Both the position numbers and the translations under genes were made by a program. A model generated the notes under the pieces. That model had not been told where the DNA came from, searched no databases, and worked only from the letters and a program-made list of their open reading frames with translations. A DNA stretch of 64,000 nucleotides, from positions 39,935-103,934 of the forward strand of contig CAWGGX010000014.1 in assembly GCA_963822215.1 (NCBI GenBank). The letters are read 5' to 3'. Source of the stretch: an uncultured Alphaproteobacteria bacterium (GTDB taxonomy: Bacteria; Pseudomonadota; Alphaproteobacteria; Rhizobiales; Beijerinckiaceae). Below, piece after piece: positions 28,436 to 38,713 of this stretch (the stretch's first letter is position 1; the number at the start of each line of letters is the position of its first letter).

Positions 28436-30103
28436 TTAGAGTGGTCCGTCGTCGCCGTCGTGGGCGAGTCTACTGGGCATCAGGTCCCCGGCGGCCTCAA
28501 GCACCGGGTAGGCGGCGCCGGCCACGAGGTGATCGTTCAGACGCTTGATGTCGCGCAGGAGGTCGAGCGGCGTCGCCTGCGGCGGGGAGGCGTCGCGACG
28601 GTCGCGTAGCCGGGCGAAGTGGGCTTTGATCGCATCGGCCTCCCGGCGCCTGAATTCCTCTTTCTGTTGCGACAGAACTCTGGCGGCGTGGCGGTCACCG
28701 GTCACGAACACGGACGCCGCCGAGCGAAGGTTGCCGCGGGCAGCCTCGAAGACGTCCTGGATTTCCTGCTCGTCGTCGGGCCTGAGGTCGGTCCCGCGCT
28801 TGAGGAGCTTGCCGACGAAGCCCGCGATGTTCCGCTCCACGACATCGCCCGCGCCTTCGAGGTTCACCGAGAATGCCAGCACGGCTTCGAGGCGGCGATG
28901 CTCTTCGTCGCTCAGACTTTCCGGGTCGAGACGGGTCAGGTAGCGCTTGATCTCGCCATTGAGCGCATCGAGCACGTCGTCCGATTTTCGCGCCCGCGCG
29001 ACGGCCTCGCGGTCTCGCGAACGCAGGGAATCGGCGGCGTCTTGGATCATCGAATCGAGGACGTCGACCATCCTCAGCGCCTCTCGCGCGGCGTGACCAA
29101 TGGCGATCGAAGGGGTCTCCAGCGCCGCGTCGTCGAGATACAGCGGACTTGCGGGGTCGGCGGCGGCGAGGCGCTGAGGCATCAGGCGTTCGAGGACGCG
29201 CGCTAGCGGGTCGAGCAAAGGCAGAAACGCCAGAGCCAGAACGACGTTGAACGCGGTGTGGAAATCGGCGACCGCACGAGAGAAATTCGGCTCGATCTGG
29301 ACCAGGCCGATACCGATCGGCGTCAGAAGCGGCAACGCGATTACGGCGCCGACGAGGCGCGTGACGACGTTTCCCACCACCACCCGGCGGCCCGCCGCAT
29401 CTCCGCCGCGCGCGCCTTCGATGAGCGGATTGAGCGCCGTCCCGATGTTCGCGCCGATGATCAGGGCGAGCGCGGCGTTGAGAGGAATGACGCCCTTTTC
29501 GGTGAAGGACATGACCAGCAACGCGACCGCAACGCTCGAATGGGCGGCCCAGGCAAGCATGGCGCCGAAGGCGACGGAGATCAGGCGGTCGGTCGCGATT
29601 GCGCCCATGAGGATCCTGAGGCTCGGGACATCTTCGTAGGGCGTGATGATTTCCAGGAGCTGGGGCAGGGCGATCAGCATCAGCCCGAGTCCGATCGAGA
29701 CGCGGCCGATGTCGCGCGCACGGACGCCGCCCGTCCTGAACATCGCTACCCCCGAGAGCAAGAGCAGCGGCGACAGTCTCGAGACGTCGAACGATAGAAC
29801 CTGCACAATCAGAGTCGTGCCGACGTTCGCGCCGAGCATCACCGCCAGCGCCGGAACGAGGGCGACGAAGCCGGCGCCGGCGAACGAGGCGATCATCAGG
29901 CCGGTCGCAGTGCTGCTCTGCAGAATGGCGGTGACGCCGAGGCCGGCGGCGGCGGCTTTGATCCGGTTGTCGAGCGCATGGCCGAGGAACCGTCTCAGAT
30001 CGGACCCGAAGGCGCGCTGCACGCCGCTCTGCACCATGTGAACGCCCCACAACAGTAGGGCGATCGCGCCGGCGAGGTTGAGGAGCGTCAGCGTCGCGTC
30101 CAA
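28436..30103 (-). CDS. Na/Pi cotransporter family protein with PhoU-like C-terminus
   Basis: LQSSTAT, GANVGTT, HSSVA and GANIGT repeats. Confidence 0.93.
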   Translation of the reverse strand: MDATLTLLNLAGAIALLLWGVHMVQSGVQRAFGSDLRRFLGHALDNRIKAAAAGLGVTAILQSSTATGLMIASFAGAGFVALVPALAVMLGANVGTTLIVQVLSFDVSRLSPLLLLSGVAMFRTGGVRARDIGRVSIGLGLMLIALPQLLEIITPYEDVPSLRILMGAIATDRLISVAFGAMLAWAAHSSVAVALLVMSFTEKGVIPLNAALALIIGANIGTALNPLIEGARGGDAAGRRVVVGNVVTRLVGAVIALPLLTPIGIGLVQIEPNFSRAVADFHTAFNVVLALAFLPLLDPLARVLERLMPQRLAAADPASPLYLDDAALETPSIAIGHAAREALRMVDVLDSMIQDAADSLRSRDREAVARARKSDDVLDALNGEIKRYLTRLDPESLSDEEHRRLEAVLAFSVNLEGAGDVVERNIAGFVGKLLKRGTDLRPDDEQEIQDVFEAARGNLRSAASVFVTGDRHAARVLSQQKEEFRRREADAIKAHFARLRDRRDASPPQATPLDLLRDIKRLNDHLVAGAAYPVLEAAGDLMPSRLAHDGDDGPL

Positions 30104-30418
30104 TGGCGCCTCCTGTGATCATGTCGAGGGCCCGCGCCAAGCCAAAAAGCTCGCGGACGGTCGTGTAAACGCACGAGCGAAGCTTTCGTTCAGAATTGGG
30201 CCAAAATGCGCAAATGACGTTGCTGGCTTAGGAGGGTGGTTGAAGCTTATGCGCGCGCCTGGCGCGCCGACGGGCCAGGCGAAGCGTCCCTGAGCGTGGG
30301 CTTTTAGAGCAATCGCCGGTCACGCTATCGAAAATTGCGAGGCGTTCCGCTAACTCTGATATGTTTCGCCGAAGCGAACGCCGTCATTCCCGGCTTTCCG
30401 GCAGAAGGACCAAGCGCC

Positions 30419-31141
30419 GTGCACGACCACACCGTCAAAGCCTATGACAGGGAGCTCGATGCGCTCGACCGCCTGATCGCCGAAATGGGCGGCATCGCCG
30501 AAAAGATGGTGGTTGAGGCCGTGGACGCGCTCGCCAGCGCCGATACGGTGCTCGCCCATCAGGTCGTCGCCGCCGATCCCCGTCTCGACGCGCTGCAGCG
30601 CGAGATCGAGAATCTCGCCGTGATGACCATCGCACGTCGCCAGCCCGTGTCGATTGATCTGCGCGAGCTGATCGGCGCGATTCGCGTCGCTGGCGACCTC
30701 GAGCGGGTCGGCGATCTCGCCAAGAACATCGCCAAGCGTACGATCAAGCTCGGGACCGAAGCCCGCGTGCCACGGGCGATCGTCGGCCTCAGGCACATGA
30801 ACGATGTCGCCACCGAACTGATGAATGACGTGCTCGACGCCTACGCCCAGCGCGACGCGGAACGTGCGCGCGAGGTGTGGGAGCGCGACGTCGATCTCGA
30901 CGCGCTCGAAGACTCGGTGTTTCGCGATCTCCTGACGCACATGATGGAGGATCCGCGCAACATCTCGTTCTGCGCTCATCTTCTGTTCTGCTCCAAGAAC
31001 ATCGAGCGGATCGGCGATCACGCCACCAATATCGCCGAGACGGTCGTCTATCTGGTCACGGGCGAGCCGATGCCCTCGGAACGTCCCCGCGGCCGGCGGG
31101 AGACGGACATTGACGTCGAAGCCGCCGGAGGCGACGCATGA
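30419..31141 (+). CDS. phoU: Phosphate signalling protein PhoU
   Basis: HTVKAYD, RRQP..DLR, DLERVGD and IERIGDHATNIAE motifs. Confidence 0.95.
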   Translation: MHDHTVKAYDRELDALDRLIAEMGGIAEKMVVEAVDALASADTVLAHQVVAADPRLDALQREIENLAVMTIARRQPVSIDLRELIGAIRVAGDLERVGDLAKNIAKRTIKLGTEARVPRAIVGLRHMNDVATELMNDVLDAYAQRDAERAREVWERDVDLDALEDSVFRDLLTHMMEDPRNISFCAHLLFCSKNIERIGDHATNIAETVVYLVTGEPMPSERPRGRRETDIDVEAAGGDA

Positions 31142-31884
31142 ATCAAGCGCGCAGGGAGATCGTCCGCGGCAACGCGGCGTCGGCTCCGCGCATTCTCGTG
31201 GTCGAGGACGAGTACGATCTGGCGGTATTGCTCTCCTACAACCTTGAGGCCGAGGGCTACGTCGTGGACAGCGTCGAGCGGGGCGACGAGGCCGAGCTTC
31301 GGCTGGCGGAAAACCCGCCCGATCTCGTCATTCTCGACTGGATGCTCCCGGGCGTGTCGGGGCTCGAGATCTGCCACAGGCTGCGCGCGCGGGAGAATAC
31401 CCGCACGTTGCCCGTGATCATGGTGACGGCGCGCGGCGAGGAGGCGGAGCGCGTGCGCGGTCTCATGGTGGGGGCGGACGACTATGTCGTGAAGCCCTTC
31501 TCCGTTCCCGAACTGATCGCGCGCGTGCATGCTCTGCTGAGGCGAAGCCGCCCGGAGCGGATCGCTGGCCGCCTGAGCCGCGGCGACATCGACCTCGACC
31601 GGGACACCCGGAGCGTGCGGCGCGGCGAGCGCGTCATTTATCCTAGCCCCACCGGATTCCGACTGCTCGAACTTCTCCTCGAGAAGCCGGGCCGGGTGTT
31701 CACCCGGGCCCAAATGCTCGACGGCGTATGGGGGCAGACCGCCGAAATCGACGAGCGCACAGTCGATGTTCACGTCGGGCGATTGCGCAAGGCCCTGTCG
31801 CGCGCGCGGGAGCGCGATCCGATCCGCACCGTGCGCAGCGTCGGCTACGCGTTTGATGAGACCTACGGCAAGACAAAGAGATAA
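31138..31884 (+). CDS. phoB: Phosphate regulon response regulator PhoB
   Basis: LDWMLPGVSG, GADDYVVKPFS, DERTVDVHVGRLRK and DPIRTVR motifs; coupled to phoU. Confidence 0.92.
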   Translation: MNQARREIVRGNAASAPRILVVEDEYDLAVLLSYNLEAEGYVVDSVERGDEAELRLAENPPDLVILDWMLPGVSGLEICHRLRARENTRTLPVIMVTARGEEAERVRGLMVGADDYVVKPFSVPELIARVHALLRRSRPERIAGRLSRGDIDLDRDTRSVRRGERVIYPSPTGFRLLELLLEKPGRVFTRAQMLDGVWGQTAEIDERTVDVHVGRLRKALSRARERDPIRTVRSVGYAFDETYGKTKR

Positions 31885-32194
31885 TCCCGCCTGCGATGCA
31901 ACCCGGTCGGCTTTGCTAGGACGAGGAGCAAATACCGATCCCGAACGCAGCATCCATCGTGGCAATCTGGAAAGGTTGCTTAACGTTCGAAACGACGCTT
32001 TCGGAACTTGCTCAGGGTACGCGCGCTGTTGGCGCAATCCTTCCGTCGTGCCCCCGGCCGCTTTCCTCCCGACACCTGCCGCTGACATCTGCCGCTTTCC
32101 AGCCGCTGGGCTTCGGATACCTGCCTTGCCACGTCGCGCGGTTCCAACGCCGATCGGTTAGCAGTCACTCGCCTTCGCCGCTCATTGACGCCGA

Positions 32195-35163
32195 TCAGAA
32201 CCACTCGCCCACCGGCGCCGACGCGCTCGCAGGCGGTGGGGCGTAAACGTCGAACAGCCTGCCTTCGCCGCCACCGCTAACCGCCGCCAGACCGAGAGCT
32301 TCTGCGATGGGGATCCAGGTATCGCCATCCGCCGTCTTTCGACGCAGCTTCATGTCCGGCGCTGGCATGTAATAGCCAACTGTGCGCCGCTTCCAGAGCT
32401 TGCGGGCAGGCCGGTAGCTGGAGTTGACTTCCGCCCGCGCCAGCACGCCGTTGAGATAGTCTCTCTTGCGGCGTGCTTTCGGCCAGAGATGCTCCGGCAG
32501 ACATTCGAGCGTCACGAGCAGGCCATCGGCGAAAAACCCTTGCGTATATCGGTAGGGCCCGAGCGGCCGGGCGGTCAGGCCGCCGCAGTGGGTCTTGAGG
32601 CCAGCCAGCATCAACCCAAGGAGCCAGAATTCGCCCTGGCCGCGCTCGAGACGAACGAGCCGCCCGTCAGTGTGAACGTCGAGCGTCTCCGGTCCCAGGC
32701 GCTCGAACAGGGCCGCGACATGGGCGCGGGCGAAAGCTTGGTCGTCGATGGCGCGGTTGAGCGCGCCCATCCAGGCGGTGTGCCCGTAATCGTCGACGAT
32801 CTCCGGATCCGCGCCGCGCGCGAGCAGGGTGTCGATCAGCGCGACGTTGCCGGCGCGCGCGGCGAGCATCAACGGGGTGGCGCCGCAATAGGTCTTGTGG
32901 TCGACGCCGTACAGGTCGCAATCCTGCAGCACGGCCTTTGCGGATCGTTCGAGAAACGGCCGCAACTGCCGCGCGCGCGTCGCCGCCGCCGCGCGGGTCG
33001 CGCGGCCCATCGGGTTGCGCGGATCTTCCGAGAACCCGGGAACGTTGGCGAGGCCGACGAGCTTGCCCTCATGAATCACCTGGGCGACGCGGGTCAGCAG
33101 CCGCCCGCGGTGGGTCAGCGTCAGCGCAGGCGCGAAATTCGCCTTGGCGAGCCTTTCGACATAGGCGCCCTGTCCATGCCACAGCGCATAATCGAGCAGG
33201 GCCTGTTTGATCTTGGCGGACGGATTCTTGGGATCGAGCGCCTTGGGCGTCCATTCCCGCAAGGCTTGCAGCGACCAGGGCGTCCAGGGCGTCGGCGGCG
33301 CGGTGAGAAACGTTTCCCGGATGGCGCGCGCCTGTTCCTGCTTGCCCTGCAGTTCGAGCTTGCGGGCCTCTTGCGCCCATTCGTCCTTGCTCGACGCCGG
33401 AGCCGCCGTCGGCGCGGTTTCCGCGGTCTCCTTGAGCTCGAGCAGTCGGAGCAACGAGTGCTGAACGTCGGTCTCGACGATCGTCAGTCCTTCGACGGCA
33501 CGGGTCATCGCGACATAAAGCGCGTTGACATAGAACTTGTTGATCTCGAGCGACTTGTCGCTCTTGTCCCTGGCGCGGCGGTAATCGAGCTCCTCGCCTT
33601 CGAGATCGCTCGGCGCTACGTCGCGGCACACTTCGGCGTAAGGACCGCGGTTCGCCGAGATCATCTGGAACAGGATGACGTTCGGATATTCGAGGCCTTT
33701 CGCCTCATGGACGGAAAAGATGAGCGGCGTCGCGAAGTAGGCGCGGGCGGCCGCTTTGTCCTCGTCGCGCAGGACGATGACGGCGTAGCGAACCGACGCG
33801 CGCGACGTGGCGTTGAGCGCGCGCAAGACCTTGTCCTCGCCCTTGAGTAATTGCGCCGCGCCCACCGCGCCGGAGGCGCACCGGACCAGGAAACTGCTCT
33901 CGCGGTCGACCGAGCCGAAACGCGCCTGCTTGATCCTTAGGAGACGATTGGCGAGGCCGGTGACGGCCTGAGTGTTGCGGAAATTGGTCTGCAGGACGGA
34001 GATTTCGCGCGCGGCGGAAGCGTCCTCGGCCGCCTGCGCCTTTCGCCAGAACAGCGCCCGCAGCGAAGCCCAGGAAAAGAAGTTTGGATGCACGATCTGG
34101 TGCGAATCGCCGCAAAGCAAAAAATGATCCTTGGCTTTCAGCGTATCGAGGATCAGCGCGAGCTGGGCGTTGGTGAAATCCTGCACTTCGTCGACGACGA
34201 CGAAATCGTAGCGCGGCTCGGCCTTGGCGCGCCAGGCGTGCGAGACGAGGTTGAGATCGATGAGCCTCTCCTCTTTCAGCCAGGCCCGGTATTTTTCGGC
34301 CGTGCGTGCCTCTCCCGCCGGGTAGAGGGATTGCCGCACGCCGAGCGCCTGGTATTCGGTCTCGGTCAGCGCCCCGCCGGCGGGCGCCCGAGTACGCCGC
34401 GGAATTCCTCCAGCAGCGAATGCGCGTCGGCCTGCCGCAAGTCGCCTTTCAGACCGCCTCGCCGGCGCTCGAACCAGGCGCGAAAGGCGGCGAAGCGAAC
34501 CTCCTCGCCCTCGGGGACGGCGATCGAATCGACGAACTCGCGAAAGCTCATGAATTCGGCGTCCTGACGAGGATTTTCGTAGCCATGCGCGCCGTAGAGC
34601 CGCCGCGCTGTCTGCGCCAGATAGGCCGAGAGCGTCACATAAAGAACGCTTCCAGTCGCCTCGCGCATCTTGGCGAGGGTCACGGCCGTCTTGCCCGAGC
34701 CCGCGGGGCCGATGATGACGAGCGGCGGCGCATGGCGGCGCACCGCCTCCTGGGCGGCGTCAAGAACGATCGGCTTGTCGATGAGATCGAATTCCACCGC
34801 CTCCGGCGGCAGCCACTTGAGCTCCCATCCCTGGCGTGCGCTCGGCTCAGGATGAGCCGTCAGATCGTCCGGGCCGGCCTCGATCTTGTCGCGATCCACC
34901 GGCGCGCCCCGCAGGAAGCGGGACTTTTCGTAGGCGTGGTCGGCGATCACCTCCAGAAACAGGCAGACGGTTTCGCCGTTGTACGGGGCAAATTGCATGA
35001 GGAGGCGAGCCTCGTCGCTAAGCTTGGCGCGCCAATAGGGCGTGGGGGCCAGTTTCTTGAGCCCGGCGGCTGCGAAGTCGCCGCGGGCGAGCGCGGCGCG
35101 CAGTCGTTCGAGCGGTTTGGCGAAGCGGCCGGGGCGGAGGTCGCGATATGTGACGATTCGCAT
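32195..35163 (-). pseudogene. RelE-like domain + UvrD/SF1 helicase + ankyrin-repeat protein, split by one frameshift near 34385 (may be an intact gene)
   Basis: GPAGSGKT in ORF 34366-35163; DEVQD, GDSHQ, TNFRN, VHEAKGLE, YVAMTRA and ankyrin TPLMLAARAGN in ORF 32195-34339; adding one base joins the two frames. Confidence 0.8.
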
Positions 35164-35412
35164 TCGGCAAGTTTACGCGAACGGCGCGCGGAAACCGCGT
35201 CGTTCGGCCGGGCGACGCGGCGTCGAAGTCCATTCGATTTCGCACGACGGATTGAGGGTCAGTGCGCGCCAGCCCCGGAGCATCTGAAGGCAGACGGACG
35301 CGTCATGACGGGCAGTAGTGAAGCGAGATTTGGTGCGGATATTTGCGCCTCCCAACATATTGCGATTTTGCCCGTTTTGATAACACTTACGGGTCCTGTT
35401 GCTATGATAAGA

Positions 35413-35437
35413 GTCTGATAATGCAAGATTATCGGAC
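35413..35437. promoter_or_regulatory. Inverted repeat resembling a tyrosine-recombinase core site or an operator
   Basis: GTCTGATAA-TGCAAGA-TTATCGGAC (9-7-9, 1 mismatch) in an AT-rich intergenic stretch. Confidence 0.5.
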
Positions 35438-35516
35438 ATCGAATGCGGTCGACAGGTGGGGCGCTTTTGCGTGCTTACGGTGGCCATAAGCGCCGCCGTC
35501 GGCTACAATTCCGGCG

Positions 35517-36464
35517 ATGATTCGCGCCGAGCTCACCCCCTCCGAACCCCTTCGCGCGCCCGCCTGGGCGCGGCCGGGCGGCGCTTTTCGCGAGAATTCC
35601 GAGGCAGAAGCCCTCTATTTCGCCGGCGCGGCGCTTTCCGCGCTCGATTCGGTCGCAAAATCCGGCCCGCCGTGGGCCGGCGTCTGGCGCCGCCGCCTCG
35701 CCCTGAAAGGCGCCGCCGCGGTAGCGGCGAATCTGCTCAAACGCCGCGAGGACGAGGCGGCGCTCCGCGACGCCGTCGCCCTCGCCAGGCCCGGCCAGGA
35801 CCTCGGGCCGGCGGGGCGGGTCTATTCTGCATTCCGGACGCTGGCGGGCCCGGGCGATCCTTTGCGCCCCGCGCGACTGTCCGCCGTCGCCGCCGATCTG
35901 CAGGCGCCGTTCGATTCGGGAAAGGCGGCGGAGATCGCCGCCGCGCTCCGGGAGACGGGCGGACGCGGCCGACCGGCCCCGATCGCCGCCGCCGCGGCTG
36001 CCGAAGCGGTGATCGCGCTCAAGCCCGACGCCGAGCCGCTCGCGATTTGGGCTGCCGACGCCGCGCTGGCCAGGAACCTCGGCTGGCCATCGCCGCTGCC
36101 GCTCCTCGCCGGCGAGCTGTTCTTGCGCCGCGCCACAGGCGAGGGACGGCGGCCGCGGCCGGGCGAGGCCGGCTGGATGAAGCTCGTGGCTCTCGCTTAT
36201 GCGCGCTCGGCGCTCGCCGCCCTCGACCTGGCCCAGGACCTGTCGCGCCGGGCGGCGAGGCTCGCGGACGCTGCGCCAAAACTGCGCGCCAAGGGGAAGA
36301 CGGGCGCCATCGAGGCGCTGCTTGCCGACGACGCCGTCTCCGCCGCCGCGCCCATCGTGGGCCTCAGCGATCGCGCCAGGCGGCGGCTGTTCGACCGCCT
36401 GGTGTCCTTAAGCGCCGCCCGGGAGCTGACCGGCCGCCCAACCTTCCGGCTCTACGGGCTCTGA
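35517..36464 (+). CDS. DUF1403 family protein
   Basis: WAGVWRRRLAL, PKLRAKG and LSDRARRRLFDRL..RELTGRPTFRLYGL motifs. Confidence 0.9.
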   Translation: MIRAELTPSEPLRAPAWARPGGAFRENSEAEALYFAGAALSALDSVAKSGPPWAGVWRRRLALKGAAAVAANLLKRREDEAALRDAVALARPGQDLGPAGRVYSAFRTLAGPGDPLRPARLSAVAADLQAPFDSGKAAEIAAALRETGGRGRPAPIAAAAAAEAVIALKPDAEPLAIWAADAALARNLGWPSPLPLLAGELFLRRATGEGRRPRPGEAGWMKLVALAYARSALAALDLAQDLSRRAARLADAAPKLRAKGKTGAIEALLADDAVSAAAPIVGLSDRARRRLFDRLVSLSAARELTGRPTFRLYGL

Positions 36465-36467
36465 GTC

Positions 36468-37211
36468 ATGGCGCGGAAGTCCAACCCTGAACCCGACTTC
36501 GACCGCGAGCTCGCCGACCTGCCGCCGGAATTGCGCTGGCGCGAATGGAAGGCCCGGGTCGAAGCCGTCCTGTTCGCCGCGGCGAAGCCCGTGACTCGTG
36601 AAGTGCTTGCTCGTGTGGTCGGAGGCGATTGCGCGCTCGAGCTCCTGCTCGACGACCTGAAAGAAGACCTGCGCGGGCGGCCGATCGAGCTCGTCAGGGC
36701 AGGCGAGAGCTTTGCCCTCCACACCCGCCCCGCCTTCGGCCCGGCGATTCGCGCGGCCTTCGACATCCCGGCCGACGCCAAGTCGCTCACCAAACTCGAG
36801 GCCGGGGTGTTGATGGCGGTGGCGATGTTCCAGCCGGTGACGAGGGGGGAGATTTCGGAGACGTTCGGGCGGGAGATCTCGCGCGACCTGGTCGCATCGC
36901 TGCGCGAGGAGGGGCTGATCGCCGCCGGTCCCCGCAGCCCGAAACTCGGCGCGCCCTACGCCTATGTGACGACCGAGAAATTCCTGTTCGAGTTCGGGCT
37001 CGAGTCGCTGCGCGACCTGCCGGATTTGGAAAAACTCGAGGACGCCGGGCTTCTCGGTACGTCGAGCCGGGATGAGCCCGGACGAGCGGGGCTTGGCCTG
37101 GAAAGCGCAACTGGCGAGGCGCCCCCTGACAAGGCGAGCCTTCTTGCCGACTTCGCAGGCGGTGTTGGTCTTATGGCCACAGAGGACGAGCCGGGGGAGG
37201 ATGCGGCTTAG
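36468..37211 (+). CDS. scpB: Plasmid-type SMC-Scp subunit ScpB-like protein
   Basis: FDRELADLPPELRWREW, VEAVLFA, QPVTRGE and FL.EFGLESLRDLP motifs. Confidence 0.9.
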   Translation: MARKSNPEPDFDRELADLPPELRWREWKARVEAVLFAAAKPVTREVLARVVGGDCALELLLDDLKEDLRGRPIELVRAGESFALHTRPAFGPAIRAAFDIPADAKSLTKLEAGVLMAVAMFQPVTRGEISETFGREISRDLVASLREEGLIAAGPRSPKLGAPYAYVTTEKFLFEFGLESLRDLPDLEKLEDAGLLGTSSRDEPGRAGLGLESATGEAPPDKASLLADFAGGVGLMATEDEPGEDAA

Positions 37212-37270
37212 GCCTGTTCCCGGGCGGCCAAAACGCCTCGGGCGCGGCAGTGGGGCGAGGTCGGTCGTAA

Positions 37271-37351
37271 CCCCTCAACGCCGACTTCTCGAAGCCCGAG
37301 GAGTATGAGGTCGTGTTGGCGAAGCTTTTGCGGCGGCTTCGGATTGCGTGA
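37271..37351 (+). pseudogene. Start-less C-terminal gene remnant (TIR-tail-like) coupled to the HEPN gene
   Basis: 26 codons PLNADFSKPEEYEVVLAKLLRRLRIA ending in a TGA that overlaps the next ATG. Confidence 0.45.
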
Positions 37352-38679
37352 TGAGTGAGGTGGCGGACGATCCGAGCGCGGCGATGCTGACGGCAATGGT
37401 CGACCTGTGGCGGTTGCGTCCGCCCGGTCCCGACAATATCCTCGCGCATCCGGCATTCGTGCGTCTGCGCGAGGTTTGCCGTGACGGCTATCCCAACGCG
37501 GGCAAGAACGGGCCGGCTTTCGCGCTGTCGACGGCATTAAGGGCGCTGGGTCTGCCGTGCGAGCTTCGCAGCGACGCCGCCGATCTCGCCTTGCCGGTCG
37601 AGCAAGCGACGAAGGAACTCGAAGTAGCCCTTCGCGCTACACATGCGCGCCGCGTTTATATTGCGCCGCTTGATCTCGCCGAGGATCTGCCGCCGCTCGC
37701 ATTCGGCTCGGCCAAGGTGGGCCGGCTCAAACCGGACGCGTTGCGGGGGCTGTTCGATGAGCGTCGACTGAAGCGGATCTATCAACAACAGGAATTCGAT
37801 GCCGACCGGTTTTCCGAATTTCACTGGCTCGTCGTCGAGGAGACCGAGGCGCTGGGCGGCGAGCCCGAGGCGCGCGCCGTCCCCGTGATGTTCATGGATC
37901 TGAGCCAGGATCTCGGACGGATCGAACCCCATAAGGGCCGTTTCCCAACCGCTTTCGAAGATGCGCTGTTCTTTCTCTTGCTCGCGCCCTGGGAGAACTG
38001 GTCGACCATGCAGGAAGTTGACTGGCGCGGCTTCCGCGTACCGTGGGTCCATACGGTCGACAGCGACATTTTCGTGCGTCCCGCTTCGCCGCCGACCCCC
38101 GACACGCTGAGCTGGGAAGATCGCATTTATGACGATGGTTGCGGTGGGACATATGAGGAAGAGCGGCCCCTTGAGCTGCGCTTGCAGGACGAGGCCAAGG
38201 CCGAGCTGGCCATCTGGGATCAGAGCCGTTGGGGGGTCGTCGAGGAGGCGAAGCGGTCAGTCCTGTTCGAGACGCCGATCGCTCACTTTCTCGTCCGCGC
38301 GTTCTTGGCCGAGGGGGTAGATGAGTTTCTCGCGCACGTCACGACGATCGAGGCGGCGCTCGGTCTGCGCGCGGACTATCAAAAGATCTTTCGCGTCGCG
38401 CCCGATCGCCACAAGGGGATGCGCGCGACGAACAGGATGCGTGGTCGGGTTGCCGGACTGCTCGGTGATCGCCTCTACGCGGACCAATATGAGCAGCTTT
38501 TCGACGTAAGGAGCGCGTTCTTGCACGGGCGAGCGATGACGGCAATTTCGACGCAGGAGCGCGTGATGGCGCGGTCGCTCGCCCGCCAGGTCGTCGAGGC
38601 GCTGATCCTCGCGACGCGAGGACCGGTTACGTCGCGCGAGCACTTTCTCGACGGCTGCTCGATAAGGGCGCACCTCTGA
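37351..38679 (+). CDS. ApeA-like HEPN domain protein
   Basis: C-terminal IEAAL...RxxxxH motif (RSAFLH); long unique N-terminus; the last ~9 codons may be frameshifted. Confidence 0.75.
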   Translation: MSEVADDPSAAMLTAMVDLWRLRPPGPDNILAHPAFVRLREVCRDGYPNAGKNGPAFALSTALRALGLPCELRSDAADLALPVEQATKELEVALRATHARRVYIAPLDLAEDLPPLAFGSAKVGRLKPDALRGLFDERRLKRIYQQQEFDADRFSEFHWLVVEETEALGGEPEARAVPVMFMDLSQDLGRIEPHKGRFPTAFEDALFFLLLAPWENWSTMQEVDWRGFRVPWVHTVDSDIFVRPASPPTPDTLSWEDRIYDDGCGGTYEEERPLELRLQDEAKAELAIWDQSRWGVVEEAKRSVLFETPIAHFLVRAFLAEGVDEFLAHVTTIEAALGLRADYQKIFRVAPDRHKGMRATNRMRGRVAGLLGDRLYADQYEQLFDVRSAFLHGRAMTAISTQERVMARSLARQVVEALILATRGPVTSREHFLDGCSIRAHL

Positions 38680-38713
38680 TCTAGTGCGCTCGGCGGGCGC
38701 CCTGGAAACATCA

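Noticed and set aside
30104-30418. Pho box between the Na/Pi transporter and phoU
   Set aside because: No convincing 11-bp-period CTGTCAT repeats seen
32057-32108. Short GCCGCT repeats downstream of phoB
   Set aside because: Irregular spacing and low complexity; not a CRISPR array or iterons
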